Shown here one piece after another: positions 1 through 8,225 of a stretch of DNA of 48,060 nucleotides; positions within the stretch are counted from its first letter, which is position 1; the number at the start of each line of letters is the position of its first letter. The notes under the pieces were generated by a model. The model had not been told where the DNA came from, made no database searches, and saw nothing but the letters and a program-made list of their open reading frames with translations. Source of the DNA: Ruminococcus sp. (GTDB lineage Bacteria > Bacillota > Clostridia > Oscillospirales > Ruminococcaceae); assembly GCA_014799675.1 (NCBI GenBank), contig JAAVHM010000014.1:3836-51895 (forward strand). Direction: 5' to 3'. A program made the position numbers and the translations under genes.

Positions 1-56
1 TTGGTTATGTATGCTCACGATTGATTTTATTAATGCACATAAAAATCGCTGAAACA

Positions 57-473
57 CTATTTTTTATTTCTTATACGCATTACTGCAAATGCGATCAACG
101 ATACCACAACAAAGCCTACGGTATAGTTGATAAAAATATCTCTGTAAGCGGTACTTGCCAATTCAACTGTAAGCCCTCTCATAAATACATAAAGGAACGC
201 AAGCAGCATTGTCGGTACATAAACACTCAAAGTCTTTAACCAAAAATTTTTGACATGAAGATTTTTTATCAAAGCAAATGCTGTAACAACTATCAGTACA
301 ATTACCGCGCGGTCAAGCTCGTGCCAGTTTCCCGAAGGGTCTTCAAATGTTCCGCCTGCTAAATATATAACACTGTTTGTAATCGTTGCAAGCGTATACA
401 GACCGCAATACAACAGCAAAATGCTTCTTAACCAATCGTTCCATATTTTTTTCATACTGTTTGTTCTCCTCAA
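57..473 (-). CDS. small polytopic membrane protein (DUF3021-like), function unknown
   Basis: 138-aa ORF with about 4 hydrophobic segments and a basic C-terminus. It lies 4 nt downstream of pyrF on the same strand. Family assignment is from memory only. Confidence 0.5.
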   Translation of the reverse strand: MRRTNSMKKIWNDWLRSILLLYCGLYTLATITNSVIYLAGGTFEDPSGNWHELDRAVIVLIVVTAFALIKNLHVKNFWLKTLSVYVPTMLLAFLYVFMRGLTVELASTAYRDIFINYTVGFVVVSLIAFAVMRIRNKK

Positions 474-477
474 AACT

Positions 478-1413
478 CTACTTCTTCAAAGCAGCAACAA
501 ACCCCGTAATATCCTCTCTCATGCGTATGCACTCACGCCTTGCCGCGCCTGCAAAATCATGCGGGTCGCAGCCCTCCTCCTTTTGATAAGCGCACATAAC
601 CGCGCGGGACGAGTTCACAATTGCCCCAAGACCCTTTTGGTCGAAAGCCTTTGCAACGCCCTCTGCGCCGCCGCCCTGCGCTCCGTAGCCGGGGACAAGG
701 AAAAATGTGTGGGGAAGCTTTGCACGCATTTCCACAAGCTGTTGGGGATAGGTCGCTCCCACAACCGCGCCCACTGCGGAGTAACCGTATTCGCCCACGG
801 TTTCCTCTCCCCACTTTTCGCACATATTGCCCATTGTCTCGTAAACCGTTTTGCCGTCATCAAGAACTCTGTCCTGCAATTCTCCCGAAGACTTGTTGGA
901 AGTCTTGACAAGAACAAAAATACCCTTGTCATTTTTCTTGCAAGCCGCCGTAAGGGGAGCGATACCGTCCGTGCCGAGATAGCCGTTTACGGTGAGAGCG
1001 TCTGCGCCGAAGCCCTCGAAAGCCTTGCCGTCCACGTCCGCAGAACCGAGATAAGCGTTTGTGTAAGCTTCCATAGTCGCGCCTATGTCGTTGCGCTTGC
1101 CGTCAACAATGACAAACATACCTTTATTTTTTGCGTATTCAATTGTTTCGTGCAGAGCCTTAACGCCCTGCCAGCCGTACATTTCATAGTACGCCGCCTG
1201 GGGCTTTACCGCGGGGACAATATCGCACACCGCGTCAATAATAGCCTTGTTGAAGCGGAGCAAAGCTTCCGCCGCGCCGTTCAGATCCCTGCCCTTTTCT
1301 GCAAAGGCTTCCTCCCTCAAAAATTCGGGGACGTAGTCCAGCTTAGGGTCAAGTCCCACCACCGTGGGGTTTCCTGTTTCAATAATTTTCTTGATAAGTC
1401 TGTCGAATGACAT
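478..1413 (-). CDS. pyrF: orotidine-5'-phosphate decarboxylase, long (type 2) form
   Basis: 311 aa. N-terminal VVGLDPKLDYVPEF, then FVIVDGKRNDIG and a C-terminal GAIVNSSRAV segment typical of long-form PyrF. ATG at 1411-1413 preceded by AGGAGA. Confidence 0.9.
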   Translation of the reverse strand: MSFDRLIKKIIETGNPTVVGLDPKLDYVPEFLREEAFAEKGRDLNGAAEALLRFNKAIIDAVCDIVPAVKPQAAYYEMYGWQGVKALHETIEYAKNKGMFVIVDGKRNDIGATMEAYTNAYLGSADVDGKAFEGFGADALTVNGYLGTDGIAPLTAACKKNDKGIFVLVKTSNKSSGELQDRVLDDGKTVYETMGNMCEKWGEETVGEYGYSAVGAVVGATYPQQLVEMRAKLPHTFFLVPGYGAQGGGAEGVAKAFDQKGLGAIVNSSRAVMCAYQKEEGCDPHDFAGAARRECIRMREDITGFVAALKK

Positions 1414-1428
1414 AGTATCTCTCCTTTT

Positions 1429-1515
1429 ACAGTTTATAGTTTATAATGTACAGTGTACAGTTGATAGTTTACGCTGACAAATAACTGTCAACTATACACT
1501 GTCAATTGTCAACTG
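1429..1515. repeat. 7-nt-periodic inverted array (AYAGTKK family) forming a long hairpin between pyrC and pyrF
   Basis: Left arm reads ACAGTTT ATAGTTT ATAATGT ACAGTGT ACAGTTG ATAGTTT. The right arm is its complement (ACTGTCA ACTATAC ACTGTCA ATTGTCA ACTG) and overlaps the last 5 codons of pyrC. Confidence 0.7.
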
Positions 1516-2767
1516 CGAAGCGGACTATCCCGTCCGTAATCGTCATAATATTTCTGCCTTTAAGCCTTTCGCCCTTGAACACCGTGTTATGGGACTTTGA
1601 GTGCAGCTCCTCGGGCTTGACCGTCCACTCTCTTTCAAGGTCAACCACCGCAATATTTGCCTTTGCGCCCACCTCGATTTTCGGAACGTCCACACCCAAA
1701 AGCTTTCTCGGGTTCACCGCCATAAGCTGTACGATTTTATTCAGGGAAATTTTCCCCGTGTGGTAAAGCTGCGTAAGAGTTACCGCAAGAGAAGTCTCCA
1801 ACCCCACAACGCCGTTGGGAGCTTTTTCAAAATCAGCCTTTTCGCTTGCGGCGTGGGGAGCGTGATCGGTAACGATACAGTCCACCATGCCGTCCAGAAC
1901 CGCTTCAAGAACCGCAGCCCTGTCCGTCTCCGTGCGGAGGGGCGGGTTCATTCGGTAATCCGCGTCCCGCGCAAGAAGCTTTTCCTCGGTATATGTAAAA
2001 TAGTGGGGACAGGTCTCGCAGGTCACATTTATGCCCCGCCGTTTAGCGTCCCGAATAATTTCGATACTTCCCTTTGTGGAAACGTGGCAGATGTGGATAT
2101 GCGCCCCGCATGAGTCCGCAAGAGCGATTTCCCTCGCTGTAATGCTGTCCTCGGAAGCCCTGTCCATGCCCTTGACCCCAAGCTTTTGGGAAACCTTTCC
2201 TTTGTTCATGATACCGCCGTTTATGATGTGCAAGTCCTCGCAGTGGGAAGCCGCAAGCAAGCCGTTTTCTTTGCTCTGCTCCAACGCCTGCCGCATAAGC
2301 TCGGCGTTTTCAACAGGTCTGCCGTCGTCGGAAATTATCTTCACGCCAAGCCTTTTCCAGTCGTAAAGCTCCCCGCCTTTCATGCCCTTTGTAATGCAAG
2401 CCGCGGGGTAAACCTCAACGCCCGTGTTTTTCGCCTTTTCCAGTATGTAATCCACCGTCTCCCTGCTGTCGATTGGAGGGTTCGTATTGGGCATACAGAC
2501 CACGCCTCCGACGCCTCCCGCAAGAGCCGCCGAACAGCCTGTGAGAACGTCCTCCTTGTGTGTCTGCCCCGGGTCGCGGAAGTGGACGTGCATATCAAAA
2601 AGCGTTGGCATAACCGCAATTTTCCCGCCGCCGTCGATAACCCTGTCTGCCACGTGGCCGAGACCTGCTCCAATTTCCTTTATAACGCCGTCCGCAATAA
2701 AAATATCGCAGATCTTTTCGTTTTCACCGTCAGCCGTTATTACGTTTTTCAGCAAAATTTTTTCCAC
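1502..2767 (-). CDS. pyrC: dihydroorotase
   Basis: 421 aa. Metal-binding HVHFRDPG motif plus a later VTDHAPH motif. GTG start at 2765-2767 lies 6 nt after AAGGAGA, 12 nt downstream of the pyrR stop. Confidence 0.9.
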   Translation of the reverse strand: MEKILLKNVITADGENEKICDIFIADGVIKEIGAGLGHVADRVIDGGGKIAVMPTLFDMHVHFRDPGQTHKEDVLTGCSAALAGGVGGVVCMPNTNPPIDSRETVDYILEKAKNTGVEVYPAACITKGMKGGELYDWKRLGVKIISDDGRPVENAELMRQALEQSKENGLLAASHCEDLHIINGGIMNKGKVSQKLGVKGMDRASEDSITAREIALADSCGAHIHICHVSTKGSIEIIRDAKRRGINVTCETCPHYFTYTEEKLLARDADYRMNPPLRTETDRAAVLEAVLDGMVDCIVTDHAPHAASEKADFEKAPNGVVGLETSLAVTLTQLYHTGKISLNKIVQLMAVNPRKLLGVDVPKIEVGAKANIAVVDLEREWTVKPEELHSKSHNTVFKGERLKGRNIMTITDGIVRFAVDN

Positions 2768-2778
2768 AATTTTTCTCC

Positions 2779-3315
2779 TTATTCAAGAATAATTACCTTA
2801 TCCTCGCCGTCTGCTTCTTTCATCATCACCTTGACCGCTTCGTCCAGCGAGGTTGGAACGTTTTTCCCAACATAATCGGGACGTATCGGCAGTTCACGGT
2901 GTCCCCTGTCAACCAAAGCCGCAAGCTGTATGCTCTTTGGTCTGCCCCGCTTCATAACAGCGTCAATGGCGGCGCGTGCGCTTCTTCCCGTAAAAATAAC
3001 GTCGTCCACGATAATGACCCGCTTGTCCCGAACGTCAAAGGGAATGTCCGTCCTGTCCACATTTTCGGAATATTTTTCGTCGTCCCGATAGGCTGTTATG
3101 TCAAGAATTCCCACCTCTGTAGGAACTCCCTCCAGCTCTTTCACCTTTCCCGAAATTCTCTCCGCAATGTACACACCTCTGGAAAGTATTCCCACAAAAC
3201 AGAGATTTTCCGCGCCCTTGTTGCGCTCGATTATTTCGTATGAAATTCTGGCGATCGCCCTTGAAACGGCGTTTTCGTCCATTATCACAGCTTTTTGATT
3301 AAGATTTCCCTCCAA
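2779..3315 (-). CDS. pyrR: bifunctional pyrimidine operon regulator / uracil phosphoribosyltransferase PyrR
   Basis: NQKAVIMDENAVSRAIARISYEIIERNKG resembles the Bacillus PyrR N-terminus as I recall it; PRTase motif VIIVDDVIFTGRS. I place the start at TTG 3313-3315, 6 nt after GGAGGTG. The GTG at 3324 used by the ORF track lies inside that RBS. Confidence 0.88.
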   Translation of the reverse strand: MEGNLNQKAVIMDENAVSRAIARISYEIIERNKGAENLCFVGILSRGVYIAERISGKVKELEGVPTEVGILDITAYRDDEKYSENVDRTDIPFDVRDKRVIIVDDVIFTGRSARAAIDAVMKRGRPKSIQLAALVDRGHRELPIRPDYVGKNVPTSLDEAVKVMMKEADGEDKVIILE

Positions 3316-3329
3316 GAACGTCACCTCCG

Positions 3330-3366
3330 AAAAAAATACCTGTCCGCAAGAAACAGACAGGTATTC
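3330..3366 (-). terminator. intrinsic terminator of the pyr leader (attenuator)
   Basis: On the minus strand: AATACCTGTC-loop-GACAGGTATT followed by a 7-T run. It sits immediately upstream of the pyrR RBS and downstream of the promoter. Confidence 0.75.
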
Positions 3367-3467
3367 AACTTATACTATTATATTTAATTGCGGAAATTTG
3401 CAAATTGCCCGCAGAAAACACATACTTACAGCTACACCGTACACTATGCGCCTTGTATAAGTGACTG

Positions 3468-3498
3468 CCTTGTCGATCTCACGGGATCAACTTAAAGG
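3468..3498 (-). promoter_or_regulatory. candidate PyrR-binding stem-loop (anti-antiterminator)
   Basis: RNA reads CCUUUAAGUUGAUCCCGUGAGAUCGACAAGG. The loop GAUCCCGUGAGAUC resembles the PyrR box ARUCCAGAGAGGYU, and it is positioned about 10 nt after the predicted TSS. Confidence 0.5.
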
Positions 3499-3514
3499 TT
3501 GTCCAACTTTAAAC

Positions 3515-3543
3515 ATTATAGCACATTTAAAACAGTATGTCAA
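3515..3543 (-). promoter_or_regulatory. sigma-70/SigA promoter of the pyr operon
   Basis: Minus strand has TTGACA (3538-3543), a 17-nt spacer, then TATAAT (3515-3520). Confidence 0.7.
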
Positions 3544-3560
3544 CCGCTTTTTGCCGTTTT

Positions 3561-3663
3561 ATCCTAATTTTTAATCAAAGTGCAGACAAAAAACCCGCGC
3601 AAAACCGCATATACGCAAGCTTTTGCTTGATTTTTTGTGCACTTTTTGATTAAAAATTAGTAT
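3561..3663. repeat. about 100-bp palindromic element, copy A
   Basis: Arms are ATCCTAATTTTTAATCAAAGTGCAGACAAAAAA and TTTTTTGTGCACTTTTTGATTAAAAATTAGTAT, around a core with its own small hairpin (CAAGC TTTT GCTTG). Confidence 0.75.
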
Positions 3664-3700
3664 TAACAGAATAATCACAATTTCTGCCGAACGTCGTCTT

Positions 3701-3801
3701 ATCCTAATTCACGATAAAAGTGCAGACAAAAAATCTGCGTGAAAATCATATGCGCAAATTTTCACTTGATTTTTTGTACACTTTTTATCGTGATTTAGGA
3801 T
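3701..3801. repeat. about 100-bp palindromic element, copy B
   Basis: Arms are ATCCTAATTCACGATAAAAGTGCAGACAAAAAA and TTTTTTGTACACTTTTTATCGTGATTTAGGAT. It is offset 140 nt from copy A with the same architecture, and abuts the stop codon of the 3801-4847 gene. Confidence 0.75.
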
Positions 3802-4847
3802 TACGGGAAGTCTTCTTCCTCTTCTTCGGAAGCCCCGCCGCTGTCCGAGCCTTTATTTTTATGCCTCATTTCCGCCCAACGGATTTTAAGAGTATCCATA
3901 GCCTCGGAATAGGAAACAGACCTAAGCTGCGGGAAAGCCTTTAAAAGTCTCTCAACAGAGCTGTCCTTTATTTCCACAAGCTTTTCAAAACGCTCACGCC
4001 AGTCGCTGATCTTGAAGTCCTCCGCTTCGACAATTTTTCCGTACTCACGCTCTATCTCGTCGATTTTCTGCTTATCCCTTCTGTGGGTAAAGTATTTGTA
4101 ATATTTTTCCTTCCACTCGTAGTAATACTTCTCTTTCCATTCCTGGGTCTTTGCGTCGGCAGACTCCACTATCTTGTCGTAGCGTTCCTTTGTCTCCAGC
4201 GTTTTTTCAGCAAGGTTACCGCCGATCTTTACCGCGCTCAAAAGCATTACCTTTGAAATTTCGTCTATCTGTTTAAGACGGTTGTTAAGCTCGTTTACCG
4301 CGCAGATCGAGGAAATAAGGTCTATAACGATAAGCACCGACCACAGGCAGATAAGTCCCAGACCCATTTTTATGGGTATAAGGTCAACGACCCTTTCCAC
4401 CATTGGGTGGACTATCCTTACCACGATAACGCAGCCCAGTCCCCAAAGAATGGAAATTTCGGGGCATATGTACCCTTTGTAGTTGAATTTTTTGTTGGAA
4501 TAATCCCACCACCTTGCGCCGAACATTTTCTCCATGCCCAAGCCCACAAGCAGTTCAAATGTGGTACACAATATCATTGTAGACAAAAACAGCGGCAGAA
4601 ACGTGTGGGATATGGGACGGAAAAATATTACCACCATAAGCACGCCGAAGCCGTATATAGGGCATATCGGCATATTCAGGAAGCCGCGGTTCTGGTACTC
4701 CCCTGTTTCCAGCGTCATGTCGCAGACCTCTATGCACCAGCCGATAAACGACCAGAAAATAAACATATGAAACATCTGATAAAGACTGTATTCAAGAAAC
4801 GGTATCGTTTCCATAAAATTCCTCCAAAAATCAAATTTGTCAAGCAT
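3801..4847 (-). CDS. polytopic membrane protein (PF06541 'ABC-transporter type IV'-like N-domain) with a charged coiled-coil tail
   Basis: 348 aa. The N-terminal half has about 6 TM segments (FWSFIGWCIEV, NMPICPIYGFG). The C-terminal half is K/E-rich with an internal KEKYY-EWKEKYY repeat and an acidic end, EEEEEDFP. Confidence 0.6.
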   Translation of the reverse strand: MLDKFDFWRNFMETIPFLEYSLYQMFHMFIFWSFIGWCIEVCDMTLETGEYQNRGFLNMPICPIYGFGVLMVVIFFRPISHTFLPLFLSTMILCTTFELLVGLGMEKMFGARWWDYSNKKFNYKGYICPEISILWGLGCVIVVRIVHPMVERVVDLIPIKMGLGLICLWSVLIVIDLISSICAVNELNNRLKQIDEISKVMLLSAVKIGGNLAEKTLETKERYDKIVESADAKTQEWKEKYYYEWKEKYYKYFTHRRDKQKIDEIEREYGKIVEAEDFKISDWRERFEKLVEIKDSSVERLLKAFPQLRSVSYSEAMDTLKIRWAEMRHKNKGSDSGGASEEEEEDFP

Positions 4848-4940
4848 TATATATTATACCACATATAATATACTTGTCAAGGGCTTGAAGAAAATTGTTA
4901 CCGTTTTGAAATAATTTTTCCGTTTTTCCACGGGACATAC

Positions 4941-4964
4941 AAAAAGGCTGTCAAATAACAGCCT
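4941..4964 (-). terminator. intrinsic terminator after purD
   Basis: Minus strand reads AGGCTGT TATTTG ACAGCCT followed by TTTTT. Confidence 0.65.
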
Positions 4965-4981
4965 AATACTGTAGAAAAAGC

Positions 4982-5108
4982 ATAAATTTCCGTTTAGAAG
5001 CTAGATGCAAGAGACTAGAGACTAGAATTGACAGGGGAAAATATTGCTGCGGAAACGTCTTCTAGCTTCTAGCCTCCTGCCTCTTGCCTCTGGTAAACGA
5101 AAATTTAT
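4982..5108. repeat. dispersed about 120-bp palindromic repeat with WAGARGC heptad arms (copy 1)
   Basis: Outer stem is ATAAATTTCCGTTTA / TAAACGAAAATTTAT. Left arm reads AGAAGCT AGATGCA AGAGACT AGAGACT; right arm reads GCTTCTA GCCTCCT GCCTCTT GCCTCTG. The core ACAGGGGAAAATATTGCTGCGGAAACGTCTTC recurs inverted at 37041-37155. Confidence 0.8.
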
Positions 5109-5117
5109 CACCTATAC

Positions 5118-6392
5118 TCATTTATTCAATGCACGCTTGCCAATATCTGTGCGGTAGTGAGCGTTCTCGAAATTAATTTTCTTTACCGCGGCGTAAGATT
5201 TGTCCAAAGCCGCCTGCAAGGTCTCCCCCGTTGCGGTAACGCCTATGACCCGTCCGCCGTTGGTGTAGAACTTTCCGTCCGAAAATTTTGTTCCCGCATG
5301 GTAAACGAAAACGCCGTCCGCCTGACCCTTGTCGTCCATGCCCTGCATTTCAAGTCCCTTGGGGTAGCTCTTGGGGTAGCCGCCGCTTGCCATTACTACG
5401 CAGGAGCAGTACTCGTTCTTCCACTTAATGTCAAGGTCTGCAAGAGTGCCGTTGTACACCGCTTCAAAAATGTCAACCAGATCGGTATCTAAAAGCGGCA
5501 GGACTACCTGCGTTTCGGGGTCGCCGAAGCGGCAGTTGTACTCTATCACCTTTACGCCCTTTGGGGTCGCCATAAGTCCGAAATAGAGACAGCCCTTGAA
5601 AGTCCTGCCCTCGGCTTTCATTGCCTTTATCGTCGGCAGGAAAATATTTTCCATGCACTCCTTTGCGGCGGCTTCGGTGTAGAAAGGGTTGGGAGCGATA
5701 GTTCCCATACCGCCCGTGTTGAGACCCTGATCGCCGTCCAGAGCGCGCTTGTGATCCATTGAGGATATCATGGGGACGACAACGTTTCCGTCCGTAAAGG
5801 AAAGCACGGAAATTTCAGGACCTGTGAGGAATTCCTCAACAACAAGCTTTGAGCCGCTTTCGCCGAAAATTTTGTCCTCCATAATGGAGTGTACCGCGTC
5901 CACGGCTTCCTGCTCGTTCTGCGCGATAATAACGCCCTTTCCGAGAGCAAGACCGTCCGCCTTTACAACAGTTGGGTAGTAATTCTGCTCCTTTATGTAA
6001 GCTATCGCCTTGTCCGCCTCGGAGAAAGTCTCGTATGCGGCGGTAGGTATTCCGTATTTTTTCATAAGGTCTTTGGAGAAAACCTTGCTGCCCTCGATAA
6101 TTGCCGCCGCCTTGTTCGGTCCGAAGGTCATTATACCCTCTGCGCCCAGAGCGTCCACCATACCAAGAACCAGCGGGTCGTCGGGAGCGACCACAACCAT
6201 GTCAACCGCAAGCTTTTTCGCAAGAGCAACAACGCCGTCTATGTCGGTCGCGCCAACGTCGAAACACTCCGCATAGCGGGAAATACCGCCGTTTCCGGGG
6301 GTGCAGTAAAGCTTTTCAACCCGCTTGCTTTCCGCAAGCTTCATGATAATGGCGTGTTCACGACCGCCGCCGCCTACTACTAAAATTTTCAT
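5118..6392 (-). CDS. purD: phosphoribosylamine--glycine ligase
   Basis: 424 aa. MKILVVGGGGREHAI N-terminus, ATP-grasp core and C-terminal GGRV motif. Confidence 0.93.
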   Translation of the reverse strand: MKILVVGGGGREHAIIMKLAESKRVEKLYCTPGNGGISRYAECFDVGATDIDGVVALAKKLAVDMVVVAPDDPLVLGMVDALGAEGIMTFGPNKAAAIIEGSKVFSKDLMKKYGIPTAAYETFSEADKAIAYIKEQNYYPTVVKADGLALGKGVIIAQNEQEAVDAVHSIMEDKIFGESGSKLVVEEFLTGPEISVLSFTDGNVVVPMISSMDHKRALDGDQGLNTGGMGTIAPNPFYTEAAAKECMENIFLPTIKAMKAEGRTFKGCLYFGLMATPKGVKVIEYNCRFGDPETQVVLPLLDTDLVDIFEAVYNGTLADLDIKWKNEYCSCVVMASGGYPKSYPKGLEMQGMDDKGQADGVFVYHAGTKFSDGKFYTNGGRVIGVTATGETLQAALDKSYAAVKKINFENAHYRTDIGKRALNK

Positions 6393-6413
6393 ATTTTCAC
6401 GTTCCTTTCAAAT

Positions 6414-6896
6414 TTATTCGGTAAATTCAAAGCTGTTAAAAATTTCTTCAAAATCTTTCAAGCTTTTGTCGTAGTTACCATAAGGCATAAATGTAATGCA
6501 GTAAGAATTTTTACCTTTGTTTCCTGAATACTGCGTCAACCCGCTGCTGTCCTCAAGCCTTATCCAATCCTGCCCGCCGCGGTTGATTATATCCGCCTTA
6601 AAATCAGTACTCCCCAAATCTTCATATATTTCTTTTTTGATTTTTAATTCCTCATTTATGTCAATATCCGATGCATCGTCATATCCCGTGATAGGAATAA
6701 CTTCAACAAAAAAATATGTACTCTCATTTTCCTTATGGGCAAACTGCACTGCTCCGCTGTCATACTTATAATAAAATTCCCATTTATCGGCGGAATAACT
6801 AAACTCGTACCCCTCGCCGCCGTAGACCTCTTTTCCCCCGCCGCACCCCGTCAGCAAAAGCATTACAGCAAGGGAAAGGAAAAATAATTTTTTCAT
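6414..6896 (-). CDS. lipoprotein, unknown function
   Basis: Signal peptide with lipobox LLLTGC. The C-terminal FEFTE ending is paralogous to the next gene. Confidence 0.6.
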   Translation of the reverse strand: MKKLFFLSLAVMLLLTGCGGGKEVYGGEGYEFSYSADKWEFYYKYDSGAVQFAHKENESTYFFVEVIPITGYDDASDIDINEELKIKKEIYEDLGSTDFKADIINRGGQDWIRLEDSSGLTQYSGNKGKNSYCITFMPYGNYDKSLKDFEEIFNSFEFTE

Positions 6897-6916
6897 TTTA
6901 TAGATCCTTTCAAAAT

Positions 6917-7456
6917 TTAATCCACAAATTCAAAGGTGTCCAAAGCCGTTTTCATTTCCGCAGAAGCAGCTTCAAGGCTGCCGGCAGGCGAAAAGAAATT
7001 CAAAGCGTACTGAACGCCGTTTCTTGCCGTACACAGCATTTGCATAATCTCTCCGTCTCCAATATCCGCAGTAACTCCCGACCACGTTACGCCGCCGATA
7101 GTGACTGTGTCCTCGCTGATGATATCTAATTCCAATTCTTCACACTGCTCTTTTATTATCACGCCGATTTCTTCGGCGGAAATATCGGCATTTTCGGCAG
7201 GCAGGTCATTTTTGCCTATGTTGAAAAACACGCCGTCCGTGCTGTTGTGAAAAAATGTCAGACTGCCGTCGTTTTCAAGAAATTCAGTCCAAACCTCTTT
7301 GTCGGGGGTTATATTGTAATAATGCACAATTTCAACATTTTCGGGCAAAGCATGATCGGACGTATCCCCTGTTGTCTCAACAGCAGTATCATTTTTCCCG
7401 CACCCCGTCAGCGCAAGCGCAAACAGTGCAAGAAACACGCATAAAATCTTTTTCAT
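6917..7456 (-). CDS. lipoprotein, unknown function (paralog of 6414-6896)
   Basis: Signal peptide with lipobox LALTGC, and a similar C-terminal ending (DTFEFVD). Confidence 0.6.
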   Translation of the reverse strand: MKKILCVFLALFALALTGCGKNDTAVETTGDTSDHALPENVEIVHYYNITPDKEVWTEFLENDGSLTFFHNSTDGVFFNIGKNDLPAENADISAEEIGVIIKEQCEELELDIISEDTVTIGGVTWSGVTADIGDGEIMQMLCTARNGVQYALNFFSPAGSLEAASAEMKTALDTFEFVD

Positions 7457-7514
7457 AATGAACTCCTTTTATCGGGACGGCTGCCTGTATTGGCATAAAC
7501 CCGTCCCCTACGCA

Positions 7515-8045
7515 TTAATACGGTAACTTTTCAAAAACCGCCCTGTAGACCTTGGATTTAAACTCACAGCTCCCGTCGATTTTTTGATATGAACCGTATC
7601 CCGAAAAGGTCAAGCCGCACTTTTCCATTACCCTGCCCGAAGCGGGATTGCCCACAGCGTGCTGTGCCATAAATTTTCTTGCGCCGCAGCTTTCAAAGGC
7701 GTACTTTATCATAGCTTTGGTCGCTTCGGTACAATAGCCCTTGTTCCAGCAGTCGAAGCGGAAGCAGTAGCCAAATTCCCAAAAGCCGTCAGTTGCTTCA
7801 TCAGGCGATTTGCTTAGATGTATGTCCCCGCTGCCCATAAGCAGACCGTCCGACTTCCTTACAAAGCCCCATATGCCGCTGCTGCCGTTTTCCAGCCACT
7901 CACGCACTTGCTCCGCCGAGGAATAGGTGCTGTAGTTCATATACTTTGTGACACGTTCATCTCCCGTCCATTGAAAGACAGCCTCCGCGTCGTCAACAGT
8001 CAGGGGACGGAGTATCAGACGTTCCGTCTCAATTGTCGGAATCAT
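7515..8045 (-). CDS. GNAT family N-acetyltransferase (RimJ/RimL-like)
   Basis: The IETERLILRPL opening is typical of RimJ-like GNATs. I prefer the ATG at 8043-8045 over the ORF-track start at 8099. Confidence 0.75.
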   Translation of the reverse strand: MIPTIETERLILRPLTVDDAEAVFQWTGDERVTKYMNYSTYSSAEQVREWLENGSSGIWGFVRKSDGLLMGSGDIHLSKSPDEATDGFWEFGYCFRFDCWNKGYCTEATKAMIKYAFESCGARKFMAQHAVGNPASGRVMEKCGLTFSGYGSYQKIDGSCEFKSKVYRAVFEKLPY

Positions 8046-8164
8046 TGCAATACACTCTCCTTGTGTTTTTGTCAGTCTAAAGCTGTTCCAAAACAACATA
8101 GTAATTATACCATAATATCAAAATTTAGTCAATCGGGAAATGGATATAAATTTTCCCCGCTTAC

Positions 8165-8206
8165 GTAAAACAGACAGATACCTCATAAAAGCATCTGTCT
8201 GTTTTG
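8165..8206. terminator. hairpin terminator between the two GNAT genes
   Basis: AAACAGACAGAT-13 nt loop-ATCTGTCTGTTT, with A/T runs on both sides. Confidence 0.6.
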
Positions 8207-8225
8207 TATGCCGCCTGACATATTT

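Noticed and set aside
421-1410. 329-aa plus-strand ORF
   Set aside because: It lies entirely antisense to pyrF, which has unmistakable OMP-decarboxylase motifs. The product is low-complexity with no RBS, so it is a shadow ORF.
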